A stretch of DNA of 46,378 nucleotides, filler included, from Jimgerdemannia flammicorona (lineage: Eukaryota): assembly GCA_003990765.1 (NCBI GenBank). It is 2 parts of 2 records of this genome, joined end to end, with 100 filler letters (N's around TTAATTAATTAA, not from the genome) between each part and the next. Parts side by side here need not be neighbours in the genome. Positions count along the whole stretch, not along the records: positions 23,240 to 46,378 come from RBNJ01001153.1; 1 more part is not named here. One strand, given 5' to 3'. How positions within the stretch are numbered: position 1 is the first letter of the stretch; every line of letters starts with the position of its first letter. Shown piece after piece: positions 25,666-38,025 of the stretch. Both the position numbers and the translations under genes were made by a program. Below the pieces are notes generated by a model that saw nothing but the letters and a program-made list of their open reading frames with translations, had not been told where the DNA came from and did no database searches.

Positions 25666-27659
25666 GTCGCCACCGATGTTTCAAAACACGTCTCACACTG
25701 TGCCAGTTTCACATACCAGAAAATTTGATAATAAAGGCGGCGTTTCGGGCTCTACGCATTATCTGTGGCTTATGTAAACATCATCAATGCCCACGTCACT
25801 CATTTTGCGTACCTCCCAAGCCTTACCTTCCCCTTATCACCACACTACCCCCGACTAGAGGTGCAATGTATTGGAACTAGTTCATGCTTTGCTTCAAACC
25901 CCGGAACAGGAATATGTAACCCGGAGCCTCTAATCGCACTCCTCCGCTCGCGCGCGTTTACCCTCTTAGGCCATGGAAGGTATCCATTCACGTGTCGAGC
26001 GGTTCCCGCCTCCTGTCCTGTCTTTTACTTCCCCCACTAAACTCCTCCGCCTCGTTTCCGCGAACTAGTGTAGAGGTTGCACGCGATTTCACCGACCGCG
26101 TGATTCTCGAGTGGATGGTTCAACTCCACCGTTTGCGAATAGGCAATACCATGGTACTGTTTCTATAAGAAGCGCATGACCTTTTCCATATTCCAGTCCA
26201 ATATAAAATAAAACAGTCGACTTTCACTACACGTTTATGAGGGGCAAACATGATTACTTACAACCAAAACTTCCACCGCCATAGTGAATGGGAAGCTGAA
26301 CTTGGCATCGGAAGCCGTCCGTGAGTGTGGTGTTGACGCGATGCACTATAATTCGGACCCGTTGGGATATGCTACATTCATGTCACCATGCAACCGATTG
26401 ACAAAAAAAAAAAAAAAAGCATCAACGATATCGGGTTTATAACGTTGCAAATGTTACGAATTACATCGTCACGAGACATTTTTGAACAATGGTTTGTCTG
26501 GTTTCGACGCTACGAAGTCATCAATCGCAAACGACGAACGGCACATGGTCGAGGGATTGTTTTTGCACGAGTAAAAGATAAAGTTCAAAAAAAAAAAGGT
26601 ATGCAGGCAAGCCCGTGATACACAGAAAAAAAGTTGCGCAAAAGTGTACATGATCCAACTTCCTTGTTTGCATGACCCAGCTTTACTAACATTAATGCCA
26701 CCAGAAAAGTCGCATCTATCGTGACGCTTTTCTTTAAGAGAAGTCGTAGAGCAACCTGTTGAGCCTGGAAAGTGACCTATTATAATTACTATACGCAGAT
26801 TCTTCTGATAGTACGTTCAATCTAGGGTTTTATTGTCTTCCATACCCGCTTCTCTGTCTAATTGCACGGCTTCGTCACGCAATAATACATCCAGGCTGGT
26901 TGCCACATGAAAATGCCTTGGCCATATTCTATGACGTTCACCATCACCGTATACCACCGAATTCACCCTCTCGGTGTTATCCTCTTTTTAGTGCCATCTA
27001 AAAGTCGAGTATAATGTCCTATATATTTGCACACAAGAAAGCTTACTTATTTTGAAAGACGAACTTCTCCGGCTTATGTCAGGGGTACCTTGGCCTAAAT
27101 GTCCATGGATGATGTCTTGGCCTAGAGCTTGTAGATATGGCGTAGGTTCAGATGCTGGGGTACCAGATCCCCATCCAAGGTAAGTCCAAAGAGAGTACCA
27201 TGGTGAGGACCGTTACTCCCATAATAGGTGGGCACTATAAACATTTAACGCTGGGTGGCACGGGAGACAGGCAGCAAGATATCAATGGTCCAAGGTGCAA
27301 GTAGATTTTCTCTCCCAAGTATGGCCAGACATAACCCCCCTTCTACCATCAGTTGTTAACTCGTTTCCGTTGTTTGATTTGACGTGTCACACGTTGTTTG
27401 GATTCGACGCGTCACGCACGTCCTACTTTAAATAGGATAGGTTGCTGGAATAATAAACCGCTCACTTTTCACTTTTCAGCCTTACTAGCAAAAGCGTCGC
27501 GATAGATCCAACTTTTTCAGACACTCACCACATCACACTGGGTCTTTGGTACAGAATGCGCGCGCGATTTCTTGTGTGCTTATTATATAATATGTCAGCA
27601 GTTTTTTTATGTGCTGTATGCACGATTTCTTATACTTACAGGCCATCTTATCTCATCCT

Positions 27660-28450
27660 ACAGTATTCTTCGGATGCAGTCATGGTCTTCTAACGTGGTG
27701 ATGGGTGTTTCTACTCTTATGTGGAGTTGCCGTGCCATCCAGCCTGAGGAACTGGGCCACGACTTCTCCACCAAGGTCGTCGAGGAACTTAAGGAGTGCT
27801 GTGACTAGGCTCTTGACAATTTCACCAAACTGGCTGTCGAGAATGGGGTCCAGCGGCGAAGGGTATTATTTTATTTTATGTTATTTTTTGCGGTGGAGGG
27901 GGGGGGGGGGGGGGGGGCGGCAAGAATCAGATAACTGAGATGTTTGTGGGCACCCTCTTCATCTTCATGTTCTCAGGTCCTCGGCAACACCTACTGGGCC
28001 TTCTCGAGCAACCTGTTCCGGTTGCCCAACTTGTCAAACATGCAATAGCTGTACTTGACCTGCCTGACGGACGTGCAGGAGCTGATCGAGGCCGAGATCA
28101 GATGGTGGGCATACAGGTTTGAGGCAGATGAGGGGCGTGAGAATGGGGAGAGTAGGAAGAAGACAACAACGAGGAAAGGGAATGGGGATAAAGGTGGGTT
28201 TTGTGCGAGCCATGTTTTTTTCTTGTATTAGGAGGTAGATGATTTAACACGCGTGATCCATTGTTCCACAGAGGCAACGAACGGACACTGATCACTCTAC
28301 CAAGATTGATCCCATCAAGTTCTTCAAGACCACACTGGGTACACTCACAAGGCTCGTCATGCTGGTCACGTTTGATGTAGGAGGTCGACGACCCCATTAA
28401 GCAGCTCATCGAGGTTGGTGCGCTTGGGGCTCAATGGTTCTGAGGCCGAA
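27660..28450 (+). pseudogene. Probable degenerate gene remnant, family not recognised
   Basis: GC-rich codon-like blocks (QPEELGHDFSTKVVEELKECCD*ALDNFTKLAVENG; LTDVQELIEAEIRWWAYR) separated by intron-like segments, with in-frame stops. Confidence 0.4.
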
Positions 28451-28637
28451 TAGGCGGACGTTTATAGGGTTTATATGGAGGGTTGTATTTGGTGTCGTTC
28501 TTCAGTCAATCCCAATCCTATTCTTCCGTACAGTCCTTCAAGCTCTACATGGATGGCCATCACACTTCGGTGGACCCGACGCTCAAATCCGGTAACAGCG
28601 CCGGCGGCGCTGGCGCGATTGGGACACTTGATAGTGA

Positions 28638-28700
28638 ATTAGATTAGGTGGAGAGTTTCATTTTGTATTGTGATTCAATTAGTCGGTTCCAATGTAATTT

Positions 28701-28781
<81 letters not shown>

Positions 28782-29740
28782 TTCACTACATGTATTATCA
28801 CCGTGTAGTCTTAGATGTGCTATCATGGCCAGTAAAAAAAGCATGCGTATATATTCAATAACCAATTAATAGTAGTGCTCCATTTTCTTCATTGTAAGTG
28901 ACGTTTGGAAATTTGGAATGATGTATTATATAATCATGGGGCTCTGAACAAAGAGCTTACAAACTAGCACTGAACATATACATGGAAAACATTTCGATCA
29001 ATTGCAACAAGACACTAACTACAGGACCAACAACTATCAGCGCTTGGAATTTCGCAAGCAAGCAAGCAGGTGCCTGTGGCGTGGATGGGGGACACACGTT
29101 AAACTTTGACGGCACAATCCAAAAAATCTCGTGAATCAAACCACCACACGAAACCTACCGATTTCACGGAGTGGGAGCGAGCATGGCCAAGCTGGTGAGC
29201 TGGGCGATGATAGAGCCGGCGGCGACGTTACCGAAAAAAGCTTGAGCGGCGGCGGCAGTGCTGCCAGCGACGATGCCGGCCGCAGAGAAGCCCAGAGTAC
29301 CAAGAATGAAGGCCGGGGCACCGACGGTCAGGACAACGGTGCCGACAGTGCCAACGATGATAGCGGCGAAGAGACCCATTTTTGAGTTGGTTGGTTGGGA
29401 TTAATTTGGTTGTGGTGTTGTGGCGGTGTGGGAGGAGGAAATGAATGTGGGAGGAGGAAATGAATGTAGGAGGACGAAATGGATGGAGGAAATGGGAGGA
29501 AATGGATGTGGGAGGAGGAAATGGATGTGGGAGGAGGAAATGTATGTGGGAGGAAGAAATGGGCGTGTGTATTCTTATAGCCAAGGTAGCTAGAAGCCGG
29601 CATGGTTCCATTGGCGGCTAAAAGCCATCACGGGTCTAGAAGCCGCCACGGTTTCATTGGCGGCTCGAAGCCGTCACAGTTCCATTGGATAGGATATGAT
29701 AACAATACTGCGGTCTAGAGATGATTCTAGTCCGTCACTG
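28638..29740 (-). repeat. Right arm of the inverted duplication
   Basis: Reverse-complement match to 23332-24324. It also has a CATTTCCTCCTCCCACAT repeat array (~29430-29560) in the predicted 5' UTR and three CCAAT boxes (29610, 29656, 29684). Confidence 0.9.
29164..29379 (-). CDS. IFI6/IFI27 (ISG12; Ifi-6-16 family)-like small hydrophobic protein, 71 aa
   Basis: AP..LGTLGFSAAGIVAGSTAAAAQAFFGNVAAGSIIAQLTS matches the ISG12 motif (LGF.AAGI.AGS.AA...GxVAAGS..A.L.S). Confidence 0.88.
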   Translation of the reverse strand: MGLFAAIIVGTVGTVVLTVGAPAFILGTLGFSAAGIVAGSTAAAAQAFFGNVAAGSIIAQLTSLAMLAPTP

Positions 29741-30107
29741 CAGACTACCCTAGCTTATGTTTCCAAACAACTTTTTACTGCGCAAGTAAGTGCTGCGGAG
29801 CATGGTGGAGCAGTAGAGCGGACTGCTTGGGCAAAACTGCGCATGTTAAAGAGGCTGACTCCCTCGAGGGGTCGTGTAGTAACCACTTATCGGGTTGTCG
29901 AATTTGGATTTGGCTATATAATTATTTTTTTATGTATATACACGTCCCTTTTGACCTACTTCTTTTGTTTTGGTGACGTTGTAACAGCAACAAACAAAAC
30001 AACAGGCTTGTCCCCAATAAGGAGATTCCAGGGGTCTGCGTCATTGCCCGAGTTTGATTGTAAACACCCCAGCGCGTTGCCAACTTCCCCTTCGTACACC
30101 CACCCTG

Positions 30108-32181
30108 ATGCCCTCCATCCTCGAGCAAATCGAGCGGCAATTCAGCAAACTCACGGGCTTCAACTTCGAGGACCCGCGGGTCGCACTTCACCGCAAGACC
30201 CGCCGCAAGATCAAGGAGATCAACTACCCGATACATCATGGCTTCCACGAGGAGTACCGTCACCACCTCGCCCACCTCAACATCGGAGACCTGCACGACT
30301 ACCTCGCATGGATCCCCTATGACAGGCTCGTTGACGTCCAGATCCTCCACAAAGGCCCCCTTGCCACTGTTCACACCGCCGTCCTGCCCAGCATACGCGA
30401 GGAGGGCTTCGCTATCGTTAAGAAGGGCAAGTTTCATTCCTTCGACGGGAAAAAGGAGAAGAGGGTCGTGCTCAAAGAGTTGGACGATGAGTTGATTCAA
30501 GAGGTGCGTTTCAAGAAATATCCTTGCTCATTCATATGTTCACCCGAAGAACCATTCTTTTGTCCCAAACAGATTCTCTAATCCATGCGCTCCCCCCCCC
30601 CACTCTACTCAGCTCGTCGTCTCCGAAGTCTCCATTTGCAATTCCGAGTGGCCGCTCACCATGGAACTCATCGGCCTCACCCGAAACCCTGCCACGGGTC
30701 GCTACCTTGTTGTGACTGAGCAAGCCTCCGACGGCAACCTGACTTCGTACATTACCTGCAACCCGCCGAAAGACTGGGACGAGGTCTACCAGCATATCTT
30801 CACACTCGCCAAGCGCCTTGCCAGCCTTCACCATCTAGGTTACATGCACGGCAACCTCCACGCTGGCAATGTTGTCTTCCACGAGGGCGAGCCCTACCTC
30901 CTCGACATTGACATTGCCCCACTGCATGGCGAGCATCACCGCGGCCCCCATATGCCACCCGAAATCATCACCGGCAGCGACTACGCACCCAGCGCTGACG
31001 TCTACTGTTTCGGGACACTGGCGTGGCAGATCATCGCCGGCGGCGCCAGGCCCCACGGGGATTCCGTCGATACGGGAAGGGATGATAAGTTAAGGGAGGA
31101 ATACGTTCCAGGGTGTCCCAGGGGGTTGTGGAATATCGTGGTGAAGTGCTGGCACCCCGATCCGGAGGTCCGGTTGACGATGCAACAGGTGTGCGTGAGG
31201 TTGTATTACTGGAGAGTTGAGCGCGAGTGGACGAGCTGGGGAAGGTGGAAGGTGATGTCAGAGGAGACGGTCGACTTTGTCAACAAGAGACTGGCGGACG
31301 ATTCACAAACGGTGGTACTCGAGGGGGGTGGTGATGGTGTAATCGTCGGCGGGTTTGACGTCGCGGATTCGTTTATTCACGTGGGCGATGGGCGGGATGG
31401 TGCCAACAGTCAATCGGGGGTGCTGAATAATCCATCTACGAGAGCAAAAGGTAAGCGTGCATTTGAACGGCTCGTTATTTTCGCGCTTTCATCCGATCTC
31501 CACAATGTTGGAAAACAAAAACACACAACTAACCTCGTCACCACTCCTCTCCCGTCGATCCACCTAGGCCGACGCAAACACGTCCCACTCCTCATCCCGA
31601 TCGCGCCAAATCTGAACCACCTAATCCGTGTCCTCCTCCCACGCGACCCCTCGCGCTGCCGCCTAGTCTCCTGGCTCCTCTTCCCATTCATCGCGGCGCT
31701 GGTCTCTCCCTTCGGCTATGCGAACGCCAACACCTTCTTCCCTCGCCGCCTGATACCAGACGCCCCCTTCCCGGACGCCGCACACGCCGACCACATGACC
31801 GTCCACCACACCCTGCCACGTCAGTACCTCGCCTACACGCCTGGTCCGCGCGTCTCCTACGCCATCGGCATCGCTGTCTATATGTCGGGGATGAAGGCCG
31901 TCATACCGAGAAACGAGATGTCGCCCACCGCCGAGCTGCTCATACTCGATTTCGTGCATGGGTTGAGGAAGCCGAGGAAGAGGCGCATTGACGTCGGCGT
32001 GAGGATTTTTGGCCTCTATCTCAAATGGAGACTGCTCGGGCTTATATTCCAGAAATATCGCGTGTTTGGAATCCCGTTACATGGTGATCAGAGGTCGTTG
32101 GATGCGCTCATCATTGGGTTCGCGGCTGCCGTAGCGCATGCCAGCGTTGGAGAGGTGCTTAAGATTGCGTTGACATGGTAA
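30108..32181 (+). CDS. TKL-type protein kinase-like protein, probable pseudokinase with C-terminal extension; exons 30108-30503, 30613-31450, 31568-32181
   Basis: LAWIPYDRL, VVLKE, LIGLTRNP, HGNLHAGNV, PPEII, ADVYCFG and KCWHPDPEVRLT. Intron 1 (GTGCGT..CAG) restores frame. Intron 2 (GTAAGC..CTAAC..TAG, 117 bp) is in frame, so it is less certain. Confidence 0.87.
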
Positions 32182-34204
32182 GGTAGAAATCGTTGGTGCA
32201 TGGTAATGAAGGATGAGCGAGTTGCGGTGCTGTTGGGTAGGTTTCGGCAGCGTCATCAGGAGAATGCTTGGCTTTGTACATGTCAGTGCGGTTTTTTTTA
32301 AAAAAAAAAAAAAAAAAAGTGTATCTTGTCATCTTCACTATACGTGGCGCATATTTTGGTTTAGCTCGATCTCGTGTATGTTTACCTCAATAAACTAACA
32401 CCACTCAAACTGACAATTAAGGTTCCGTCTCAAAAACATGATGTCTTCGTTCCTTCCCGTGGTGTGTCGGTAGATGATTGGGGCCCTATGGTGAACAAGG
32501 TCGTGCTTTGGGCCAGGGACGATCAGGACGTTTTCGATTTTTGATGATAGGAGGAACTATTGCACGGCAGCCGCGCGTGATGTGTTTTGGTGAGAGATGT
32601 GGCGGCTCTTCAATAAAAGTTTGTAAACATCGGGGTGGGCGGTTCATACACGTAATGCCTTTGTTTATTGATTGCAGTGTTGCTTCATTTGCGTTTTCGT
32701 TAAATCCGGTTGCTCTGTTCCAAGTAAATTGGTTGCGTAATAGGCTGCATTTTGCCAAGTTGCCCCATTGCCACCTGCGTATATAAATGAGGAGAAAGTG
32801 CAAGAACAAAGATTGTGGTGACGAGGACATGTGTGCGTGTGCTGATCCCGATTGATCGCCAGCACCTGGCCCTCTCGTTTTTGTAATGCAGCAGCGATGT
32901 ATTCTCCAAGACATCGTGATCCAACCTTTTCGTGGCCAGCACATTTAACACCAAGCTACCATACGATGCTGGTTTCCATTCGTGTTATGCACAACATTTG
33001 CACTCGCTATCACCTTACCAACCGAATCACGTCCGCCGCGCAGTAACGCCTACCTACACTTCCGTATCGACCTCAACATTGATCGGCGCCCTTCAACGAG
33101 CGCAACGGATGGCCGTGGATGGTATTGACAATTAGGTGGCTGTAAATGGTATAGGTGGATTTGATGTGATGAGAATCGATCATTCATCTCTCGGAGGTCA
33201 TCAGGGATTGGTAACCGCATATTATACAACGATTTTCGATGACGAGAGTAAAAGGCTCCGTAAATCGATAGTCGAGAGCAAAAGGGCGTTGGCGGGAAGC
33301 CAACTCCCTCTCACTTGGTTTTGTGATAATATTGCTGAAGCGTGTCCTGTTGCTCAAAGCCAGCGAATCAAATCAAGAATTTTTGGACCTGAACTCTGTG
33401 CACCAGTTCTTTCCATGATTTCGAGAATACAATGCACATGCGCATCGGTACGACGAAGGAAACATAGGGTGGCGGGAAACCCCCGCTTAGGTTTAAGACC
33501 AGCTCAATAGAACGATATTACCGTTTGTAGGACTACGTTAACACAGAAACCGTTAGATATTATGCAGTTTTGTCCTACCGTCAAACCAAAGTCGCCGATC
33601 TCCAATAACAAAACGCACTGCCATACATGGGTTACCGAAATTACCATTTCTGCTAAACTTCACAAACGCCGAACCCCAACCTACTTGCCACCAACCTACT
33701 TGTCACAGACTTGCTATTTTCCTGCACGTAACACACGATCGACGACAGCACGAATCCAGACTATTTCAAGAGGCTGCACACGGGTGAGGGGGCAAAGGAT
33801 GTAAAATAAGTATATACCCTCGACTTTTACAGTTCAAACAAACTATGAAATTCATTCTCTTCCTCGCCACACTAGCGCTGGCAATGTCTGCTGTTCAATT
33901 TTAAAGAGATTGCTGTGTCCGTTTTCACGTGTTTCCTTTGTAGAAAATAATAAAGACAGATTTTGCAGAAAGCACCAGATTTCGGAATTCCTTGCATTCA
34001 GACTAGGATGCACGTTATCAATCAGGGTTATTTTTCGGGCTTGAAAGGTTGCCTTGCGACGCTTCACTTAGGCAAAAGCATCGCAATAGATCCGACTTTC
34101 CCAGCCACTTGACCGCTCTTCATCTGTTAGCGAAATAATTAATGGTCATGTCATGTATGTACGACGCAGCCCCGTCATCTGGTGAAGAACCCATTACAAA
34201 AACC

Positions 34205-35165
34205 ATGTCCGTCCCAACCCGCCAACAACGCCTACAGGGCCTACTATCCCGACTCAAGCCCTTCGAACACCTGCACAGTGCCGACCAAACTGAAATTCTG
34301 GCCATGAAGAAAGAGTTTTCCAAAAATACGACCAAGAACTCCGTGCCTGGCTTGACACCTTGGCTGTGCGGCGGCTGGGGCAATCTATTTATACAACTGT
34401 ATTTAACCTTTTTATTAAATATATTCAAGCCTCTAATAGTCATATTAGTTATAAAATTTATATATCTAATATTATCTTAATTATAAATATCATCAGAATC
34501 TCCTTAATATATAAATAATATAAAATATCTCAAATACTCTTTTGATTCTATATCTCCTTTAGATCAATTATTATATTATTATAGCTAATCTCTATAGTAA
34601 TAATTTTTTTCAGTTGGTATATAATATGTTTTTATACTTTACTACTTTGATCTCAGATCTATTTACTTTCTAGATATTAAAAGAATTGATATCTGTTTCA
34701 TGATTGCAAACTATATTTCCTCTTTATCTATGCTTTTACTTATATATTAGAACTCATCTTTCTTATATATATCTTTAATTTTAGCTCAACTATTATAAGG
34801 ATGATAATATCTGTACTGCTATAGCTCCTATCCAGACTCAGTACTAGTATATGGATTTCATACTTTAGATCTTGAGGAGGTGTACATCTCTAAGTCATGT
34901 GCAAACCTAAAGATAGCCAGTTGGACCCAGGTATTGAGTGGGATGATTAGGGTTATGCATCTGGATGAGTGTGTTGCAGAGATCAAGATGCCAGCAATTA
35001 GAGGATGTGGATTTCGGAAACATCCAGGAGGCGGCGACGCGGTTGAAGGCATTTTGTCAATTTTTTAACCCGCTCCGTTCCATTCGTTGGTCGGATGTGT
35101 ATCAATACTATCCTCAACTTTATAAAGAACCTTTTAATTTCCATCATCCCAGCGAAATTTTGTAA
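34205..35165 (+). pseudogene. Small ORF disrupted by a 1-nt frameshift and a ~0.6 kb insertion
   Basis: Removing 34385-34998 joins ...YDQELRAWLDTLAVRRLGQ|LEDVDFGNIQEAATRLKAFCQFF...PSEIL*. The upstream MSVPTRQQRLQ...EFSK needs one extra A in the A-run near 34322. Confidence 0.55.
34385..34993. mobile_element. AT-rich, CpG-free repeat fragment flanked by GCAAT direct repeats
   Basis: Sharp composition change. GCAAT at 34380-34384 and 34994-34998. No TIR or LTR recognised. Confidence 0.6.
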
Positions 35166-36680
35166 CTTCAGCAACATGCCCAAGAACTTTCGCGGACAAA
35201 AAACTCTCATCGCGGACCATCACCTATGCAGTGGCACAGCATTGATCCTCGACGTCTCTCTGACTGTAGATACAGTCAGAGAGGACGCAGTTGTGCCAAT
35301 GGCATAGATGTCTCTATAAAAGCGCCTGATTCGCCGGCGCGCCTAACAAGCGGCGCAGCCCTCCTTCGGCGGACGCGACAGTATGATTCATCCTGTCTTT
35401 TGGCCACGAGGTTTAACTGACTTATGATGGGATTCGTAATGGCGATTCTGAAAGTTCTCTTGTTGCGCTGTATTTGACGTAGGCTACCTATCATTGTATG
35501 TCAACGTCTTGTTTCACAAAATAATGACCATCGACAAAGCCATGCCTAAAGTCGACTTCGATTCTCGAAATCCATTCATTCCAGTTTACCCAAAGACCAT
35601 GAGGCGTATTCACACGACCGCTGCGGGAGTGGATGTGTGCCCATACTGCCTAAAAGGATGACGCGCAGCCCTCTAGCTGGCCAACAGATGTCCGATGTTG
35701 TCATTAACACAATCCGCTTGCCATTGTCTTGAAGACACAAATTTCGGCACAATTTTCGGCCTAACTCCTTGACAACGATTTGACCGACGAACTCGGCAAC
35801 GAGTGGGACGCATATCGTGATTTGCGTGTCAACACAGTTCCCAAAATGAGGTTTGGAGAGATTTTGCAGTAGAATTCCGTCCGCTGCGCGACTGAGCATT
35901 GGTTGGTCTCGCCGTTGATAAGACCCCGTGATTAAGGTATTGGGAAAGGTCGATAGGAAATTATGGCTGCGCGATTGATATCCAACTCCATCCTTGCCCA
36001 TGGAAAGTACCCTTTTTGCGGACAAGACGTCACATATTACATATTATCCCTGTAAAGGCTCAGAGTCATTGGGTCGAGGATGAGATTGGGAGGAAAATAG
36101 GTGCGACGGACAATTTCCGAAGTGCGGTGGCTGTACGGATAAGCAATACTAGCGCTGGCCAGCGAATAATTAGTGCGCCTTCGAATACAATATCAGCCGA
36201 AGAAATCGGCAACCCGTCCACATTCAATTTACTACGTGGCATGCATTTCTCTATTCTACACATGAACCTCACATACGGGTTGATGTGGTTCCTGACTGCG
36301 GATTCAGAAACATGACATCACGTTGAAACCCTTTGTAATACATGGCGACCGGATGGGCCGTGAAAACAATCACATTGACTCCCGTACTCGTTTTCAAGTG
36401 AGAATAAAAATATTTGAATGGATATTCGTTGCTTGACAATCGGTGCTAAAAAACAATATTGTTTCATACGAAATTGAATAAAGATACTTGCAAAATTTGA
36501 AAGCATGATGAATAAAGGGGTATTTGGACTCCTTTTCCCAAGGTGCTTATAAATGGCGAATTTTCTTTAACGTAGATAATCAACCCAACACTCCTTCGCA
36601 CCACACGACTTTAAACTACCAAGAATATCGCCTTTCAAAGACCAAGAATTACGTCACCGACCAAGAACAGGAACAAGAAC

Positions 36681-37349
36681 ATGCCGCAAATAGGTGGAAG
36701 AACGGACATTGCCCACTGCATACACGCCCATGAATGCCGTTTAGGCTGCCTACCACGAACACTATTCTGTGATGTACAGGGTTGTCCTTGGTACCTCCCG
36801 CATTCCCTTCATCGATGCTCAGCATGCGGCGCCCGGCTGGCATGGTATAACGGCGAAGTTCACTTTCAGGTCAAGACGTCATGCCGTAATAGCGTCTGTT
36901 GTACCACGGAAATGGCATGCTTCTTTTGCCATCAGCCATTGGTCATCCGCCGATACCCTGGCACGGAGGACTTGTACACGACTTGTGCCGCAATCAAACA
37001 TTGCCAGGCCTGCGGAGCGAGAGGCGTCTTGATAGAAGACGTTGTGACCTGGAACCATTTCCCCAGCTGTGTATTCCACGCCGTCGAGGAGGGAGGAGTG
37101 GATTGCGAGCTATGCACTCGATGTCGCATCTGGATACCCCACCGTGACATGGAAAACCACATTGAAAGCGGATGCACTCGGCTGCGTCCGGGCCTGCGAC
37201 GGGTCCTGTCGCGGGATCTACCTTTGCTGCCTCAGGGAACACGGAGAGCTCGCTGTCCTTATTGTAGGGAATGGTTTCGGGGAGATATCTGGGCAGTCCA
37301 TGTTCTCTTGTGTACGGAAGCTCCTGGTGGCCGTCGAAATTTTGAATGA
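36681..37349 (+). CDS. Cys/His-rich multi-zinc-finger protein (222 aa) with C-terminal C2HC UBZ/TRAF-like fingers
   Basis: Intact ORF with CSACGAR..H..C, CQACGAR..H..C, CTRC-x11-H-x4-C and CPYC-x11-H-x3-C. TATAAA about 130 bp upstream. Confidence 0.72.
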   Translation: MPQIGGRTDIAHCIHAHECRLGCLPRTLFCDVQGCPWYLPHSLHRCSACGARLAWYNGEVHFQVKTSCRNSVCCTTEMACFFCHQPLVIRRYPGTEDLYTTCAAIKHCQACGARGVLIEDVVTWNHFPSCVFHAVEEGGVDCELCTRCRIWIPHRDMENHIESGCTRLRPGLRRVLSRDLPLLPQGTRRARCPYCREWFRGDIWAVHVLLCTEAPGGRRNFE

Positions 37350-37977
37350 GCTAGGAACCAACATTTAGCTGTAAATTGCATACTCAAATATGTTACTTGG
37401 CCAGTGTGCGTAGGTCAAAATACAATAAGAAGAATTACGCAATATGAGCACACGGCAATGGTCACAGTGGAGCCTTTGGGTCTGTGAAGAAGAACCCGGT
37501 AATTGAGAAATGTGGAAAAAATATCTGAGTGGCATCATGACGAGAACTCAAACACCTTACCGCACACCATTTCTCCATCCCTCCATTCCGATATCCTATA
37601 TTCCGACATTAAGGATCCTGTGCACCTATTGACGCTGAATCCGTATCCATATTTCATATAAAATAGTCATTAATTTGTTTATTATTATTATTATTATTTT
37701 TAAAAAAAATGCATCGATACATCGCAAAAGGCTCCCTCTCGTCCCCAGCATACCCTCAATCCTGAGTACAGATTTGTGCTTCTATGCTACAAAAATACAG
37801 TTACCATGTTATGGAACGTGGGAAGGACTGCCGCGCGAATGTTTTCTGGGAAGGTAAAGGCGAGGCACACGGGTACTGGTGCTATTAAAAGTATTGTAAG
37901 ATATTAGTAGATTGTACTTGGAACTCGGCGAAGAGCGGCAGAGAAGCAGTTTATTGATAATGCTTCTGATTATTGGT

Positions 37978-38025
37978 GACGTAGACATTGATGGCGTAGA
38001 CATTGATGGCGTAGACATTGATGAC
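37978..38025. repeat. 15-bp tandem repeat x3 (CGTAGACATTGATGG)
   Basis: Visible directly. Confidence 0.8.

Noticed and set aside
22045..28869. Poly-Lys/poly-Phe ORFs at 22045, 24714-25165 and 28644-28869
   Set aside because: Translations of homopolymer tracts.
23332..29740. Inverted arms as TIRs of a large transposon
   Set aside because: The arms consist of a host-like gene with its promoter, and no TSD or transposase was found. Inverted gene duplication is simpler.
29696..30500. 208-aa plus-strand and 192-aa minus-strand ORFs
   Set aside because: Shadow frames of kinase exon 1.
32478..33804. Several 60-150 aa ORFs
   Set aside because: No motifs or coding-like bias; consistent with chance ORFs in intergenic DNA.
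35500..36506. Minus-strand ORF fragments (149 aa and others) with a faint enzyme/kinase look
   Set aside because: No diagnostic motif, and the frames are broken.
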